Of a DNA stretch of 53,778 nt, positions 37,150 through 47,234 are shown piece after piece. Source of the DNA: Acetobacterales bacterium (GTDB taxonomy: Bacteria; Pseudomonadota; Alphaproteobacteria; Acetobacterales; Acetobacteraceae); assembly GCA_038247025.1 (NCBI GenBank), contig JBBRVI010000001.1, forward strand, positions 1 to 53,778, in the 5' to 3' direction. Positions within the stretch are counted from its first letter, which is position 1, and each line of letters starts with the position of its first letter. The notes under the pieces are model-generated. The model had not been told where the DNA came from, ran no database searches, and was given only the letters and a program-made list of their open reading frames with translations. Position numbers and translations under genes: made by a program.

Positions 37150-38541
37150 TCAGGTTTCGTTGGGGATTGGCGTGTCAGGCCCGGGGCGCTGCGGTGTCAT
37201 GCCATGCGTCTCCAGCAAGTCGTAGAGCGTGGGCCGGCTGACACCGAGCAGACGCGCAGCACCGGAGAGATTGCCGTTGCCACGCGCCATCGCCCGGCTG
37301 ATCATCTCACGCTCCAGCTTTGCGCGGGCGCCGCGCAGGTTCAGATCATCTCCCGCGGCCTCCGTTTCTTCAGCCAGCTCAAGGTCTGCTGCCGTGACGA
37401 GGAAGCCTTCGGCCATGAGCGCTGCCCGCTGCACCCGATTGCCCAACTCACGCACGTTGCCCGGCCAATTATGTGCGGAGATGGCGGTGACAGCCGCCTC
37501 ATCAAAGCCGCGGAGGCGGCGATTGAATTCCCGCGCGTAGCGGGCGAGGAACCAGCGGGCCAGAAGTAGCGCGTCGCCACCACGCTCGCGCAGGGGAGGC
37601 AGGCGCAGCGTCAGCGAATTCAGGCGATAGAAAAGGTCAGGACGGAACTCGCCAGTTGCCGCGCGCGCCTCCAGCTGAAGGTTGGTGGCGGAGACGACGC
37701 GGACATCCACAGTCAATGGAACCCGCCCGCCCACACGCTCGATCACCTGATCCTGCAAAAAACGCAGGAGCTTGGCCTGAAGACTCGGCGGCAAATCCCC
37801 TACCTCATCAAGGAAGAAGGTACCGCCATTTGCGGCCTCGATCCGTCCAATCACCTGGCGCACGGCACCAGTGAAGGCGCCGCGCTCATGGCCAAACAGC
37901 TCACTCTCCAGCAGTGCCTCGGGAATGGCCGCGCAGTTGATCGCGATGAAGGGTTTTTTGGCGCGCGGGCCAAGCTCGTGGAGCGCACGGGCAATGGCCT
38001 CCTTGCCAGTGCCACTCTCCCCGAGCAGCAGCACGGGGGCGGACACGGTTGCGAGGCGTTCGGCAGTGCGGCACAGGCGTAACATGATAGGGTCGGCGGT
38101 GATGATGTTGGCGATGGGGCTTGGCCGCGGGAAGCTGGCCAGGCGGCGGTTCTCCTCCTCCAGCGCGCGCAGTCGCAAGGCGCGATCAACGATGGTACGC
38201 AACACAATCAGATCGACCGGCTTCTCGCAGAAATCATAGGCACCTAGGCTGACAGCGCGCAGCATGTTGGCGCGCTCGCCCTGACCACTGGCAACGATGA
38301 TCGGCAAGCCGGGCGATTGGGCCAGCAGCGCGGCCAGCGTGGCAAACCCCTCGCTCACGCCCTCCGCATCGGGGGGTAGGCCCAGATCCAACACCACCGC
38401 GGCCGGCTGCTCGCGCCGCGCCATCTGCTCGCCCTGTTGACGGTCATTAGCGAGCAGCACCCGGCAAGCCGGGAAGGCCCAACGATACTGGGCGCAAAGG
38501 CCAGGATCATCCTCAATGACCAGGAGCTTTGGTTTGCTCAA
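37150..38541 (-). CDS. prsR: Sigma-54-dependent response regulator PrsR
   Basis: REC (IEDD, LDLGLPP), GESGTGKE, GAFTGA, FLDEVGD, WPGNVREL, Fis HTH; TTG start at 38541 overlaps the prsK stop with AGGAG upstream. Confidence 0.93.
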   Translation of the reverse strand: MSKPKLLVIEDDPGLCAQYRWAFPACRVLLANDRQQGEQMARREQPAAVVLDLGLPPDAEGVSEGFATLAALLAQSPGLPIIVASGQGERANMLRAVSLGAYDFCEKPVDLIVLRTIVDRALRLRALEEENRRLASFPRPSPIANIITADPIMLRLCRTAERLATVSAPVLLLGESGTGKEAIARALHELGPRAKKPFIAINCAAIPEALLESELFGHERGAFTGAVRQVIGRIEAANGGTFFLDEVGDLPPSLQAKLLRFLQDQVIERVGGRVPLTVDVRVVSATNLQLEARAATGEFRPDLFYRLNSLTLRLPPLRERGGDALLLARWFLARYAREFNRRLRGFDEAAVTAISAHNWPGNVRELGNRVQRAALMAEGFLVTAADLELAEETEAAGDDLNLRGARAKLEREMISRAMARGNGNLSGAARLLGVSRPTLYDLLETHGMTPQRPGPDTPIPNET

Positions 38542-40577
38542 GCCGCGCACTCCTGAAGGGCCGCATCCTGCGTCGGCCTTGCCTGCGGAAGCGGCAGTGT
38601 GATCCGCATGGTGGTGCCTGCACCCGCCGCGCTGAATACGGCAAGGTCACCGCCCGCGCTGCGAAGCAGATCCCGCGCCTGCCAGGCACCGATGCCATTG
38701 CCTTCAGCCCGCCCCGAGAGAAACGGCCGGAACAGCGTGTCGCGGATAAATTCGGCGCTCATGCCCGAACCGCGATCTGTAATGGCGATGGTGAGCCTGT
38801 CGCCTTCCTCACCCACCTCCACGCTCACCGGCACGCCAGCAGGCGAAGCCTCGGCCGCATTGTCGAGGAGATGACGAAGTGCAGCGTCGAACTGCGCGGC
38901 GGCCATGGCAACAGGCTGGCCGCACCCGCTGCCTGGTTTGATTACGATGGGATGCGCGTGCTCGCGAACCAACTCCTCCAGCCGCTCCAGCGGTGCGATC
39001 AGGGGGGTGTCTTGCGCCTCTTCGTCCTGTGGTTCGCGCAGGCGTGCGATCAGCGCGTTGATACGTGCTGCCGACGCCTCGACCGTCAGCAGCATGTCGG
39101 CCTGGAATTCCGGGTCATCAATGTGCTCGGCCGCGTTGGAGAGCAGCATGGTGAGTTGGCTTGCCACCGTTTTCACGTCATGTGCGACGAAAGCGAAACG
39201 CTGGGCGTACGCGCGCAGTCGGCGTGTGTCGGTGAGATCCTCGGCAGCCTTCCGCTCGGCCACGAACATCGCCACCTCACGGCCCAGGGAGCGCAACAGG
39301 TCGAACACCTCACCATCCAGCGCGAATGCGGCGCGCGGGGGTGTCAGCAGCACCACGCCCAGCATTCCCTCGCTGTAGTGAAGAAGCGGAACGCCCAGCC
39401 AGTATCCACCATCAAGCGGTACCTGCGTCGTTACCCAGGTGCCCTCGCGCAGCGCCAGGATGACCGGATGATCGCCGGCGAGAGAAAATCGGCTTTCCGG
39501 CAGGTTCCACGAGCCTGCCCAATGCAGCCCCGGCCGGCCAGCTTCACGCAGCAGCAGCAGGCCACCATGGCTGTCCACAGCGTCTGCGATGGCGGTGATG
39601 GCGCGAATTTGCGGGGGGGCCTCCTGGCTCGAAAGCGTGGCGACGCAGCGCAGCCACTCACGCCTGTAGTCGAAGCGGGCGGCAAAAAAATGATCCACGA
39701 CGAGGCTACGCAACCATGAGCGCATCGAGCGAGAGGACGCCGCCACCGCGATCATCATCAAGGCGCCCGCCAACAGGCTGGCCTGCGCCGCATGCGCCCA
39801 ATTGGCACCCAGATGACGCAATGCCTCGCCCGCTGCTCCAACGCCGATCAGGAAGGTACCGGCGATCACCAGTGTCGCCCCATGAAAAACGGCCTGGCGT
39901 GAGACGACGGGCTTGCGGCGCCAGCTGCGATCGCGCATGGCGGCGATGGCCAACAGCGGCATGGCCAGCGCGGTCAAGGCCGCGCGCGCATCAAGCAGCG
40001 AAGAGGCATAGCCCCGGGAGAGCGCCGCATCGGCGTGCAACAGGACATCGAAGGCGGATAGGCCACCCAGCGTGATGCAAGGCAGGATGACGTGCCAGCG
40101 CCCGGCCTCCGATGCGTTGCGGTACAGATTCTCGGCCGCGAGCACGACGAGGAGTGCCAGCCCCATTGGCGCGAGCAAGGCAGGCGAGCCCAAGGTGGGC
40201 CCAACGGCAGGTTCGACGTTCGGCAGAGTGCCGAAGTCGGGAAGAAGCGAACTGAAGGCGAGTACTGCCGCCAACCCACCCGCCAGCGCGAAGCGCCACA
40301 TCAAGCCGCCCGCGCCTACAAACCCGGCGCGGCCCGAAAGGCCAAGAAGCACGCCCAGCCATGCAAGGCTGCGTAAAATCTCAACGCCTCCAGCCAGGCC
40401 CGTTAGCGGCGCCTCCGGCTGGATCGCGACCGCAACCGCCCAGGCCGACGCCATGGCGCACGCCCCGGCCAGCAGCCACGCGGTGCGCCCCCGGCCCGCC
40501 ACAAGAATCAACGCGACCCAGGCCAGGCAAACCACGGCGGCCCCGGCATGCAGCAGAGGCGAAACGGTGGCGCTCAT
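38538..40577 (-). CDS. prsK: PEP-CTERM system histidine kinase PrsK
   Basis: Multi-TM N-terminus, ENLYRN, FDYRREWL, GAF-like region, AFVAHDVK H-box, LDNA, DRGSGM, GNGIG. Confidence 0.93.
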   Translation of the reverse strand: MSATVSPLLHAGAAVVCLAWVALILVAGRGRTAWLLAGACAMASAWAVAVAIQPEAPLTGLAGGVEILRSLAWLGVLLGLSGRAGFVGAGGLMWRFALAGGLAAVLAFSSLLPDFGTLPNVEPAVGPTLGSPALLAPMGLALLVVLAAENLYRNASEAGRWHVILPCITLGGLSAFDVLLHADAALSRGYASSLLDARAALTALAMPLLAIAAMRDRSWRRKPVVSRQAVFHGATLVIAGTFLIGVGAAGEALRHLGANWAHAAQASLLAGALMMIAVAASSRSMRSWLRSLVVDHFFAARFDYRREWLRCVATLSSQEAPPQIRAITAIADAVDSHGGLLLLREAGRPGLHWAGSWNLPESRFSLAGDHPVILALREGTWVTTQVPLDGGYWLGVPLLHYSEGMLGVVLLTPPRAAFALDGEVFDLLRSLGREVAMFVAERKAAEDLTDTRRLRAYAQRFAFVAHDVKTVASQLTMLLSNAAEHIDDPEFQADMLLTVEASAARINALIARLREPQDEEAQDTPLIAPLERLEELVREHAHPIVIKPGSGCGQPVAMAAAQFDAALRHLLDNAAEASPAGVPVSVEVGEEGDRLTIAITDRGSGMSAEFIRDTLFRPFLSGRAEGNGIGAWQARDLLRSAGGDLAVFSAAGAGTTMRITLPLPQARPTQDAALQECAA

Positions 40578-40605
40578 GGCGCCACCGGCAGCAGGTGCCG
40601 CAACG

Positions 40606-41949
40606 TCACCGTGACCCCTCCTGGAACAGGACGACCCGCACGGTGGCGATCAGAATCAGTAGGTCCAGAAAGAGGCTGCGGCGCCGCACGTAGTAGAGGT
40701 CATAAGTAAGCTTGATGCGAGCGTCCTCAACCGAGGCACCATAGGGGTAATTCACCTGCGCCCAGCCGGTGATGCCCGGCTTCACGATGGCGCGCGCATT
40801 GTAATGCGGGAGCTTGTGTTGCAGTTGCTCGACAAACCTCGGCCGCTCGGGGCGAGGGCCGACAATGGACATGTCCCCCCTGAGGACGTTGAACACCTGT
40901 GGGATTTCATCGATGCGGCTGAGGCGCAGGAATCGCCCCACGCGGGTGACCCGGGCGTCGCATTGCGTGGCCCAGCGCGCCGTGCCGCCAGGCTCTGCAT
41001 TCACGATCATGCTGCGCAGCTTCAGAAGCATGAAAGGGCGTTGGCCCTTGCCCACCCGCTCCTGCCGGTAGAAGACAGGCCCTGGACTGTCGATGCGAAC
41101 CGCCAGCATGCTCAATAGCAGCAACGGCAAAGTGAAGATCAGGATCGCGCTGGCAACGGTGACGTCGATTACCCTGCGCAGGGCGGCTTCGGTGTTCGAG
41201 GTATGAGCGGCCTTGCACGCTTCCAGCCATCCGGGCGGCAGGTTTTCAATATCAATGCGGTTGAGGCCGCGCTCGCTGAACTCAGCCTCGGTGAAGACGA
41301 GCAGGCCTGCGGCGTCACATTGCCGGCGCAATCCGACCGGCATTGGAGCCGAAACGGCGGTCACGACGGCCCAGATGCGCCAGGCCCGCAGACGCCCGCG
41401 CTGCAAAGCCTGCATGAGCTTTTCGGCAGCCGGTAGCGCCAAGGTGACCTCAAAGGGCTGATAGCGGCAACGTAGCGCGCCCCCCTCACGCAAGCCACTT
41501 GCCGTGCCGTGATCAACCGCGCCGACATAGGCGATGCGGCGGCTGCAGCGATGCACAAGGGCGAAGCCGAGCCGTGTCAGCATCATGGCGACGACCGTCC
41601 CGAAAACGAGGTTGACAGGCAACGAATGGGCCGTTTCGTCAGGGATAGCGCCATTTATCAGTATCTTGGCGAACAGGAAAAGAATGAGAGATGCCAGCAT
41701 GGCGCTGAAAACCGCCCGCCGAGGGTTGGCGAACGTGGCGACCCGATAGAGACCCAGAGCTGCGCCAACGATCCCGGCGAAGAGTGCCATGACCAGCGCA
41801 GTCGCCGTGGAGATCACTAAGTCGACTGGCACTTCCATCTGCCCATTCTGCGACATCATGAATATTACGACTATAAATATAGCGGCGCAATCTGATAAAT
41901 ATAGAATCAGTAAATCGGTCCTAATGCTATGATTGAATAGTGTCTTCAT
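40606..41949 (-). CDS. Initiating undecaprenyl-phosphate glycosyl-1-phosphate transferase (WcaJ/EpsB-type)
   Basis: FYRQERVG, KLRSM, RIDEIPQ, GDMSIVGPRPER, KPGITGWAQV, YDLYY; ATG at 41949 after GAGGA. Confidence 0.93.
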   Translation of the reverse strand: MKTLFNHSIRTDLLILYLSDCAAIFIVVIFMMSQNGQMEVPVDLVISTATALVMALFAGIVGAALGLYRVATFANPRRAVFSAMLASLILFLFAKILINGAIPDETAHSLPVNLVFGTVVAMMLTRLGFALVHRCSRRIAYVGAVDHGTASGLREGGALRCRYQPFEVTLALPAAEKLMQALQRGRLRAWRIWAVVTAVSAPMPVGLRRQCDAAGLLVFTEAEFSERGLNRIDIENLPPGWLEACKAAHTSNTEAALRRVIDVTVASAILIFTLPLLLLSMLAVRIDSPGPVFYRQERVGKGQRPFMLLKLRSMIVNAEPGGTARWATQCDARVTRVGRFLRLSRIDEIPQVFNVLRGDMSIVGPRPERPRFVEQLQHKLPHYNARAIVKPGITGWAQVNYPYGASVEDARIKLTYDLYYVRRRSLFLDLLILIATVRVVLFQEGSR

Positions 41950-42014
41950 AATCAAAAATCCTCACAAGGAGAAAACAACTACCTAACATCTCTAACTTAC
42001 TGAATACAGACAAA

Positions 42015-42030
42015 TTCATCAATGAAAATT
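42015..42030. promoter_or_regulatory. 16-bp motif duplicated at 25166-25181
   Basis: TTCATCAATGAAAATT in an AT-rich divergent intergenic region. Confidence 0.5.
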
Positions 42031-42267
42031 ACTGTCAATCTAACAACAAAAACGTCCATTAAATGGGCTTTTGATCAACAAACTAAACAAAAAATTTCCT
42101 GCAGCAAGCTAAACGGAAAATTTATCGCAGCGAAAACAGTTTTTTTTAATTTTGCTGCGCGAAATATCAAGTTGATTTCGTTTTTTATTTTGTTTATGGA
42201 CTGCTGGACTACAGAGGCAGAGCGCTGCGTAAGCTGCTTTTGGCCCACCAGAGAGGAAAGAAAGTCG

Positions 42268-42897
42268 ATGCCAAGCCACCCCACACTTCGACTTGCGTAT
42301 CTCGTTGTTCTGGCAGCCGCGCTTGGGGCCTGCAGCGCGACGACCCCGCCACCCGCCGCCACAGAGGCTTCGGACTCAGCCACTGGAAGTTATGTGCTCG
42401 GTGCGGGCGATACGCTCACGGTCTTTGTCCATCGCGCGCCAGAGCTCAGCATCAGCGACTTGCCGGTGCGGCCGGACGGGATGATCTCCCTGCCCCTCGT
42501 CCCCGATATCCAGGTTGCCGGTCGCACGCCAACCGAACTCGCGCGCGGCATCGAGGAACGCCTGCAGCGCTTCGTTCGCGAACCAAACGTGACGGTGATG
42601 GTGCGCACTTTCCAAGGGCCACCAAACCGTCAGATCCGCGTCATCGGTGAGGCTACACAGCCGATGGGCATGCCCTATCGCGATGGCCTTACTGTACTTG
42701 ACGTCATGATCGGTGCACGCGGCTTGACCCGTTACGCCGCAGGAAACAGCGCGGAAATCATCCGTCGCGAGCCAAACAGCGCCGCACCGCAGATCATTCG
42801 CGTGCGCCTCAATGACCTTCTCCGCTCGGGCGATATCGCACAGGACGTGGCGATGCGCCCCGGCGATACGTTGGTGATTCCGCAGGGATGGTTCTAG
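42268..42897 (+). CDS. wza: Polysaccharide export (OPX/Wza) lipoprotein, short form
   Basis: ATG after GAGGA; LGAC lipobox; YVLGAGD, VRPDGMISLPLV, PGDTLVIP; 209 aa. Confidence 0.9.
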   Translation: MPSHPTLRLAYLVVLAAALGACSATTPPPAATEASDSATGSYVLGAGDTLTVFVHRAPELSISDLPVRPDGMISLPLVPDIQVAGRTPTELARGIEERLQRFVREPNVTVMVRTFQGPPNRQIRVIGEATQPMGMPYRDGLTVLDVMIGARGLTRYAAGNSAEIIRREPNSAAPQIIRVRLNDLLRSGDIAQDVAMRPGDTLVIPQGWF

Positions 42898-42900
42898 CCC

Positions 42901-44412
42901 ATGCACCCGATCGCCATGGCCCGCCGTTTCTTGGCCGCCGCCCGGAAGCAACGCTGGCGGGGCCTGGGTCTTGCCTGGGCCGTATGCCTGGCCGGCTGGG
43001 TTGGTGTCTTCACAGTGCCGAACCAGTTTGCATCCAGCACGCGAATCTACGCCGACGCCGATGCCATCCTGGGGCTGCTGCTTCGTGGCATCGCCATCGA
43101 CAGCTCTCCCGCGGGACAGGTCGAAACCCTGCAGCGCACCTTGCTCAGCCGGCCCAATTTGGAGAAGCTCATCAGCCGCACAGAGCTGGAAAGTCAGGTC
43201 CATGACCGCGCGTCGCATGAGGCGCTGCTGGCCCGTCTGGCGCGTGAGATCCGTATCACAACGCAGACGCGCAACCTCTTCACCATCGACTTCCGCGATC
43301 CGAACCCCCGTCTTGCGCAAGATGTGGTGCAGACCACACTGAATCTGTTCATGGAGGCCGCGACCATCACGGACCGCCAGCAGATGGAGAACGCACGCTC
43401 CTTCGTAGCGCAACAGATCGCCAGTCATGAGGTGCAGTTGCGCCAGGCTGAACGCCGTCGGGCAGAGTTCCAGACGCGCTATATTGAAATTCTACCATCT
43501 GAGGCGCTCGGCGGTTCTTCCCGGCTTGAGGCTGCGCGCATGCGCCTCGCGCAGGTGCGTGGGGAACTGGTGGACACCCGCCGCCGACGCGAGCTCACCC
43601 AGGCGCAGATAGACAGCACGCCAGCACTGGCAGGGGCCGCCGCCGCCGGGGGTGGAGGCAGCGGACGCCTGGCAGAGGCAGAGCGCGTGCTGGGCGAACT
43701 TCGGCTGCGCTTTACCGATGAGCACCCCGACGTAGTTGCCGCACGCGGCGTCGCGGCATCGGTGCGGGCAGGCGGTGGCGGTGGCGCGCGCGGCGCCACC
43801 ACCGCAACCGCGCGTGAGCCCGCGCGGCAAAACCCCATACTGGAACCGTTACGCCTGCGGCTGATCGATGCCGATGCGCAGATCGGCTCTCTCGAGCGGC
43901 AGGAGGGTGAGGGGGAGGCCAATGTGCAGCGCCTTGATGCCATTGCCCGCAGCGCGCCAGAGGTGCAGGCGCAGTCGCTCAACATCGACCGCGACTACGC
44001 GGTGCTGCGCAGGAACTTTGAAGAATTGTTGGCCCGCCGTGAGTCATTGCAACTCGCCGGTGCCGCACGCAGCACCTCTGACCGTGTCCGGCTTGAAGTC
44101 GTAGACCCGCCCTCGCTTGGCGTGGAGCCTGTCTCGCCCAACCGTCCGCTGCTGGCGGCCATCGTCCTGGCCATGGGCATCGGCGCAGGTGCGGGCTTGA
44201 TCGTGCTCCTCGTGCAGCTCGATCGAGGCATCTACACCGTGCAGGATCTGCGACGGATCGGGCCGCCCGTTCTGGGCGCGATCTCCGCGGGCCCGCGGTC
44301 GGGCGGTGTCGCCTCTACGTTCCTATTCACCAGCGGATTCGCCCTGCTGATATTGGGCTATGGCGTCTTGATGAGCGGTGCACCCGGCTTGGTGCGGAGG
44401 GCGCTGACATGA
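42901..44412 (+). CDS. wzc: Polysaccharide co-polymerase / chain-length determinant (Wzc membrane part)
   Basis: Terminal TM helices, coiled coil, FTDEHPDV, RDY...LL.RRE, VVDPP...PVSPNRP. Confidence 0.9.
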   Translation: MHPIAMARRFLAAARKQRWRGLGLAWAVCLAGWVGVFTVPNQFASSTRIYADADAILGLLLRGIAIDSSPAGQVETLQRTLLSRPNLEKLISRTELESQVHDRASHEALLARLAREIRITTQTRNLFTIDFRDPNPRLAQDVVQTTLNLFMEAATITDRQQMENARSFVAQQIASHEVQLRQAERRRAEFQTRYIEILPSEALGGSSRLEAARMRLAQVRGELVDTRRRRELTQAQIDSTPALAGAAAAGGGGSGRLAEAERVLGELRLRFTDEHPDVVAARGVAASVRAGGGGGARGATTATAREPARQNPILEPLRLRLIDADAQIGSLERQEGEGEANVQRLDAIARSAPEVQAQSLNIDRDYAVLRRNFEELLARRESLQLAGAARSTSDRVRLEVVDPPSLGVEPVSPNRPLLAAIVLAMGIGAGAGLIVLLVQLDRGIYTVQDLRRIGPPVLGAISAGPRSGGVASTFLFTSGFALLILGYGVLMSGAPGLVRRALT

Positions 44413-45365
44413 ACAACCTTGCCACACCCCGCGCACATCTTGTCGAACGCGCCATGGAGGCGATGAGCACGGATCCAGCCAGCGACACGCTCCTGTGCCC
44501 CTCGCCACCGGTACGTAAGCCCACCCCCGACGCGTTTCTGGATGGCGGCGCCGCACGCAAGGAAGCTGTCACGCCCGGCAACCTGGTGACGCCCGATGAG
44601 GCGAAGCTCGATGCGACGCGGCAGGCGCAAATCATCTCCATGGCCAGCCTGCGCGCGGCGGGCTTGGCCTTCGCGCCCAACGAACCTCCACGCGGCCGCG
44701 TGGCCGAGGAGTTCTCCCTCGTTCAGCAACAATTGCTCCGCGCCATGCAGGCCGTTCCGGTCATTGGCAGCGCGGCCTGCCGCAATGCAGTGCTGGTGAC
44801 AAGCGCACGGCGGAAAGAAGGGCGTAGTTTCATCGCGCTGAACCTCGCCGCCAACATTGCCGCGCGAACGCAGCAGCAGGTTATGCTGCTCGATCTGGAT
44901 GGCCGTGACACCTCACTTTCGCAGACACTGGTCGGGGCGATCGGGCCTGGCGCGTTAATGCCTATGGCCACAGCCATCGACCGCCTTTCGTTTTTGCCGT
45001 ACGGGGCTTTGCTGCAGGAGGGAGCTTCACGACCAGAGGGGGCGTTGCTCTCGCGCGGAGTGAAGCCCAGCGGTACAGCACTTGCCGCCGGGTTGCGCGC
45101 GCTGGCCCTCAAATACCCCAATCATATCCTGGTTCTGGACATGAAGCCGGCACTCGCCTTCAGTGATGTGAACGCATTGGCCGCAACAGTTGGTCATGTG
45201 GTCATGGTGGTCCGTGCCGAGGAAACCCAGCGCGAGGAGGTGGAGGCTGCACTGGATGCTGTGGAAGCATGCGTGTCGCTTCATTTGATACTCAACGAGA
45301 CGCGACTCATAACACCTGATAGCTTTGGCTCCCATGAGGAACATGGAGCGGCCAGAAATGCTTGA
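44409..45365 (+). CDS. BY-kinase-like protein (cytoplasmic Wzc partner), apparently degenerate
   Basis: AEEF, LVTSARRKEGRSF (Walker A K to R), LLDLD, LVLDMKP, VVMVVRAEET; no C-terminal Tyr cluster. Confidence 0.85.
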   Translation: MNNLATPRAHLVERAMEAMSTDPASDTLLCPSPPVRKPTPDAFLDGGAARKEAVTPGNLVTPDEAKLDATRQAQIISMASLRAAGLAFAPNEPPRGRVAEEFSLVQQQLLRAMQAVPVIGSAACRNAVLVTSARRKEGRSFIALNLAANIAARTQQQVMLLDLDGRDTSLSQTLVGAIGPGALMPMATAIDRLSFLPYGALLQEGASRPEGALLSRGVKPSGTALAAGLRALALKYPNHILVLDMKPALAFSDVNALAATVGHVVMVVRAEETQREEVEAALDAVEACVSLHLILNETRLITPDSFGSHEEHGAARNA

Positions 45366-47163
45366 AGCTTTCGCCTGGAATCGTCGGGGCACCCCACAGC
45401 AGCATCAGTCACATCACGAAAGCCGGCCGCCACGGCGTCAATGGCGCCGGCGCACCGCCTCGACCTCGCTCGGGGCAGCAATCGGGGCTGTACTCAGCGC
45501 TACCCCAGCTTTTGCGCAGTTTCCGCCTTTCCCAGATTCGATCGGCCCTGGCTCCCTGCCTTCGACGCGCGCCGCAGCAGCGGCGGCGCTGTTGGCAGCC
45601 CCAGGTCAGCCCGGCCCCATCATCGCGACGCCAGATTTCGCCTCGCCCGAGGTCCGGGTGGGTGGCTTCAGCTACCCTCAGGTGGGCCCTGCAGCTCCGG
45701 CGCAGCCCAATAATCGTCCCTGGCAGGTGGTGCCCAGTCTCGGTCTGCAACTTCTGGCTACGGACAATTTGTTCCAGAGCACAACGAACAGGCGCTCTGA
45801 CCTGGTCACGACGATCACCCCCGGCGTGTTGCTCTCGGCAGATACGTCATGGTTGCGGGGTCTCATCAACTACACGCCCAACGTCCAGCTTTACGCGAAC
45901 ACCACGTCGCAGGACCGCGTGGATCACCGCTTCAACGGCCAGGCGCTGGCCACCATCATCCCCGGGTTGTTTTTCGTGGACATGCGCGGTGCCTCCGCGG
46001 TGCAGACCATCACCGGCGGTTTGGCGCCCGAATCAGGATTGGTCACCACGCGTCAAAATCTGGCGCAAACCACCAGCGCGCAGATCTCACCATACCTGCT
46101 GCAACGTTTCGGCACACGGGCCACCGTTCAGGCCGGCTACGCTTTCCAGTACAGCGACCAGACCGGCAATTCGTCCAGGTTGAACCAGCCCAGCTTCAAC
46201 CAGAACGGGCTGATCAACGGCCAGCCCGTTTTTGGCGGCCAGAGTTTCACCGCGCACGAGGTCTATGGCGTTGCCCGCACCGGGCCTGACTTCGGTCGCC
46301 TCGCGCTTGAGGCGCGCGGCGTCAACACGAATTACTTCGGCACCGGTGTGCTGGATGGCGCCTACCGGCGTAGCGCAGCGCTTGAAGCACGCTATGCGAT
46401 CGTGCGGGGTATCTCCGCACTGGTTGAGGGCGGCTATGAGCAGCAGCGCTATGCCGGCACGCCGGGAGTGAGGATCGACGGTCCGATCTGGGCCGTTGGC
46501 GCGCGCTTCGATCTGCTGGATTCAGGGCAGATCACTGTCAAATACGGCCGGCGCGACGGGTTTGATTCAGGCTTCCTCAACGCATCCATCCCGATCGGTG
46601 GCCGGACGATGCTGTCCGCGAGATACAGCGAGACACTCACCACATCCTCACAACGAGCGGTCGATCTCCTGTCGTCCACCACGCTTGATGCGTTGGGCAA
46701 TCCGATCGATCTTTTCACTGGCGGGCCGCTTGTTCAGCCCTTCACGAACCCGTTCCTGGGAACAACCAGCAGCCTCACGCGCGTGCGCTCCGCCACAGGC
46801 TCCCTTGTGCAGCGCTGGGCGCGCGACACCTTCATCCTCTCCGTCACCCAGGAGAATCGTTCGCCGGTCTCCCTCGCACCAGGGACCAGCCGGAATGCAC
46901 AGCGCGGAATGTCGGGCAGCTTCTCTTGGCTGCATGCTTTCAGCGCTCGCACCAACGGCATCGCATTCGTGCAGTACGGCGAGTTCGAAACCTCGCTGAA
47001 CGGCAAGGGCGACATCGTGAGCGGCAGCTTCACCGTAGCGCATCAGTTACAGGAGCGCCTCAGCGGCACCGTACAGATCGGCACCACAAGTCGTGCCGAT
47101 GCCACGCGAAGCGGACGGGCAACACAGAACATCATCCTGCTTGGCCTGAGACAAACCTTCTAA
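45358..47163 (+). CDS. PEP-CTERM-system outer-membrane beta-barrel protein (TIGR03016-like)
   Basis: Signal ending AFA-Q, TDN...SDLVTTITPGV, amphipathic strands, C-terminal LGLRQTF; start uncertain. Confidence 0.85.
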   Translation: MLEAFAWNRRGTPQQHQSHHESRPPRRQWRRRTASTSLGAAIGAVLSATPAFAQFPPFPDSIGPGSLPSTRAAAAAALLAAPGQPGPIIATPDFASPEVRVGGFSYPQVGPAAPAQPNNRPWQVVPSLGLQLLATDNLFQSTTNRRSDLVTTITPGVLLSADTSWLRGLINYTPNVQLYANTTSQDRVDHRFNGQALATIIPGLFFVDMRGASAVQTITGGLAPESGLVTTRQNLAQTTSAQISPYLLQRFGTRATVQAGYAFQYSDQTGNSSRLNQPSFNQNGLINGQPVFGGQSFTAHEVYGVARTGPDFGRLALEARGVNTNYFGTGVLDGAYRRSAALEARYAIVRGISALVEGGYEQQRYAGTPGVRIDGPIWAVGARFDLLDSGQITVKYGRRDGFDSGFLNASIPIGGRTMLSARYSETLTTSSQRAVDLLSSTTLDALGNPIDLFTGGPLVQPFTNPFLGTTSSLTRVRSATGSLVQRWARDTFILSVTQENRSPVSLAPGTSRNAQRGMSGSFSWLHAFSARTNGIAFVQYGEFETSLNGKGDIVSGSFTVAHQLQERLSGTVQIGTTSRADATRSGRATQNIILLGLRQTF

Positions 47164-47234
47164 GCGCTGATCCAGCCCGGCAATCACTGCCGGGTGAGGC
47201 AATGGGCGCCAGTACAACCTGACGGAGGGCGCCC

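Noticed and set aside
42022-42267. AT-rich 5' extension of the wza ORF
   Set aside because: Promoter DNA; lipoprotein signal and RBS begin at 42268
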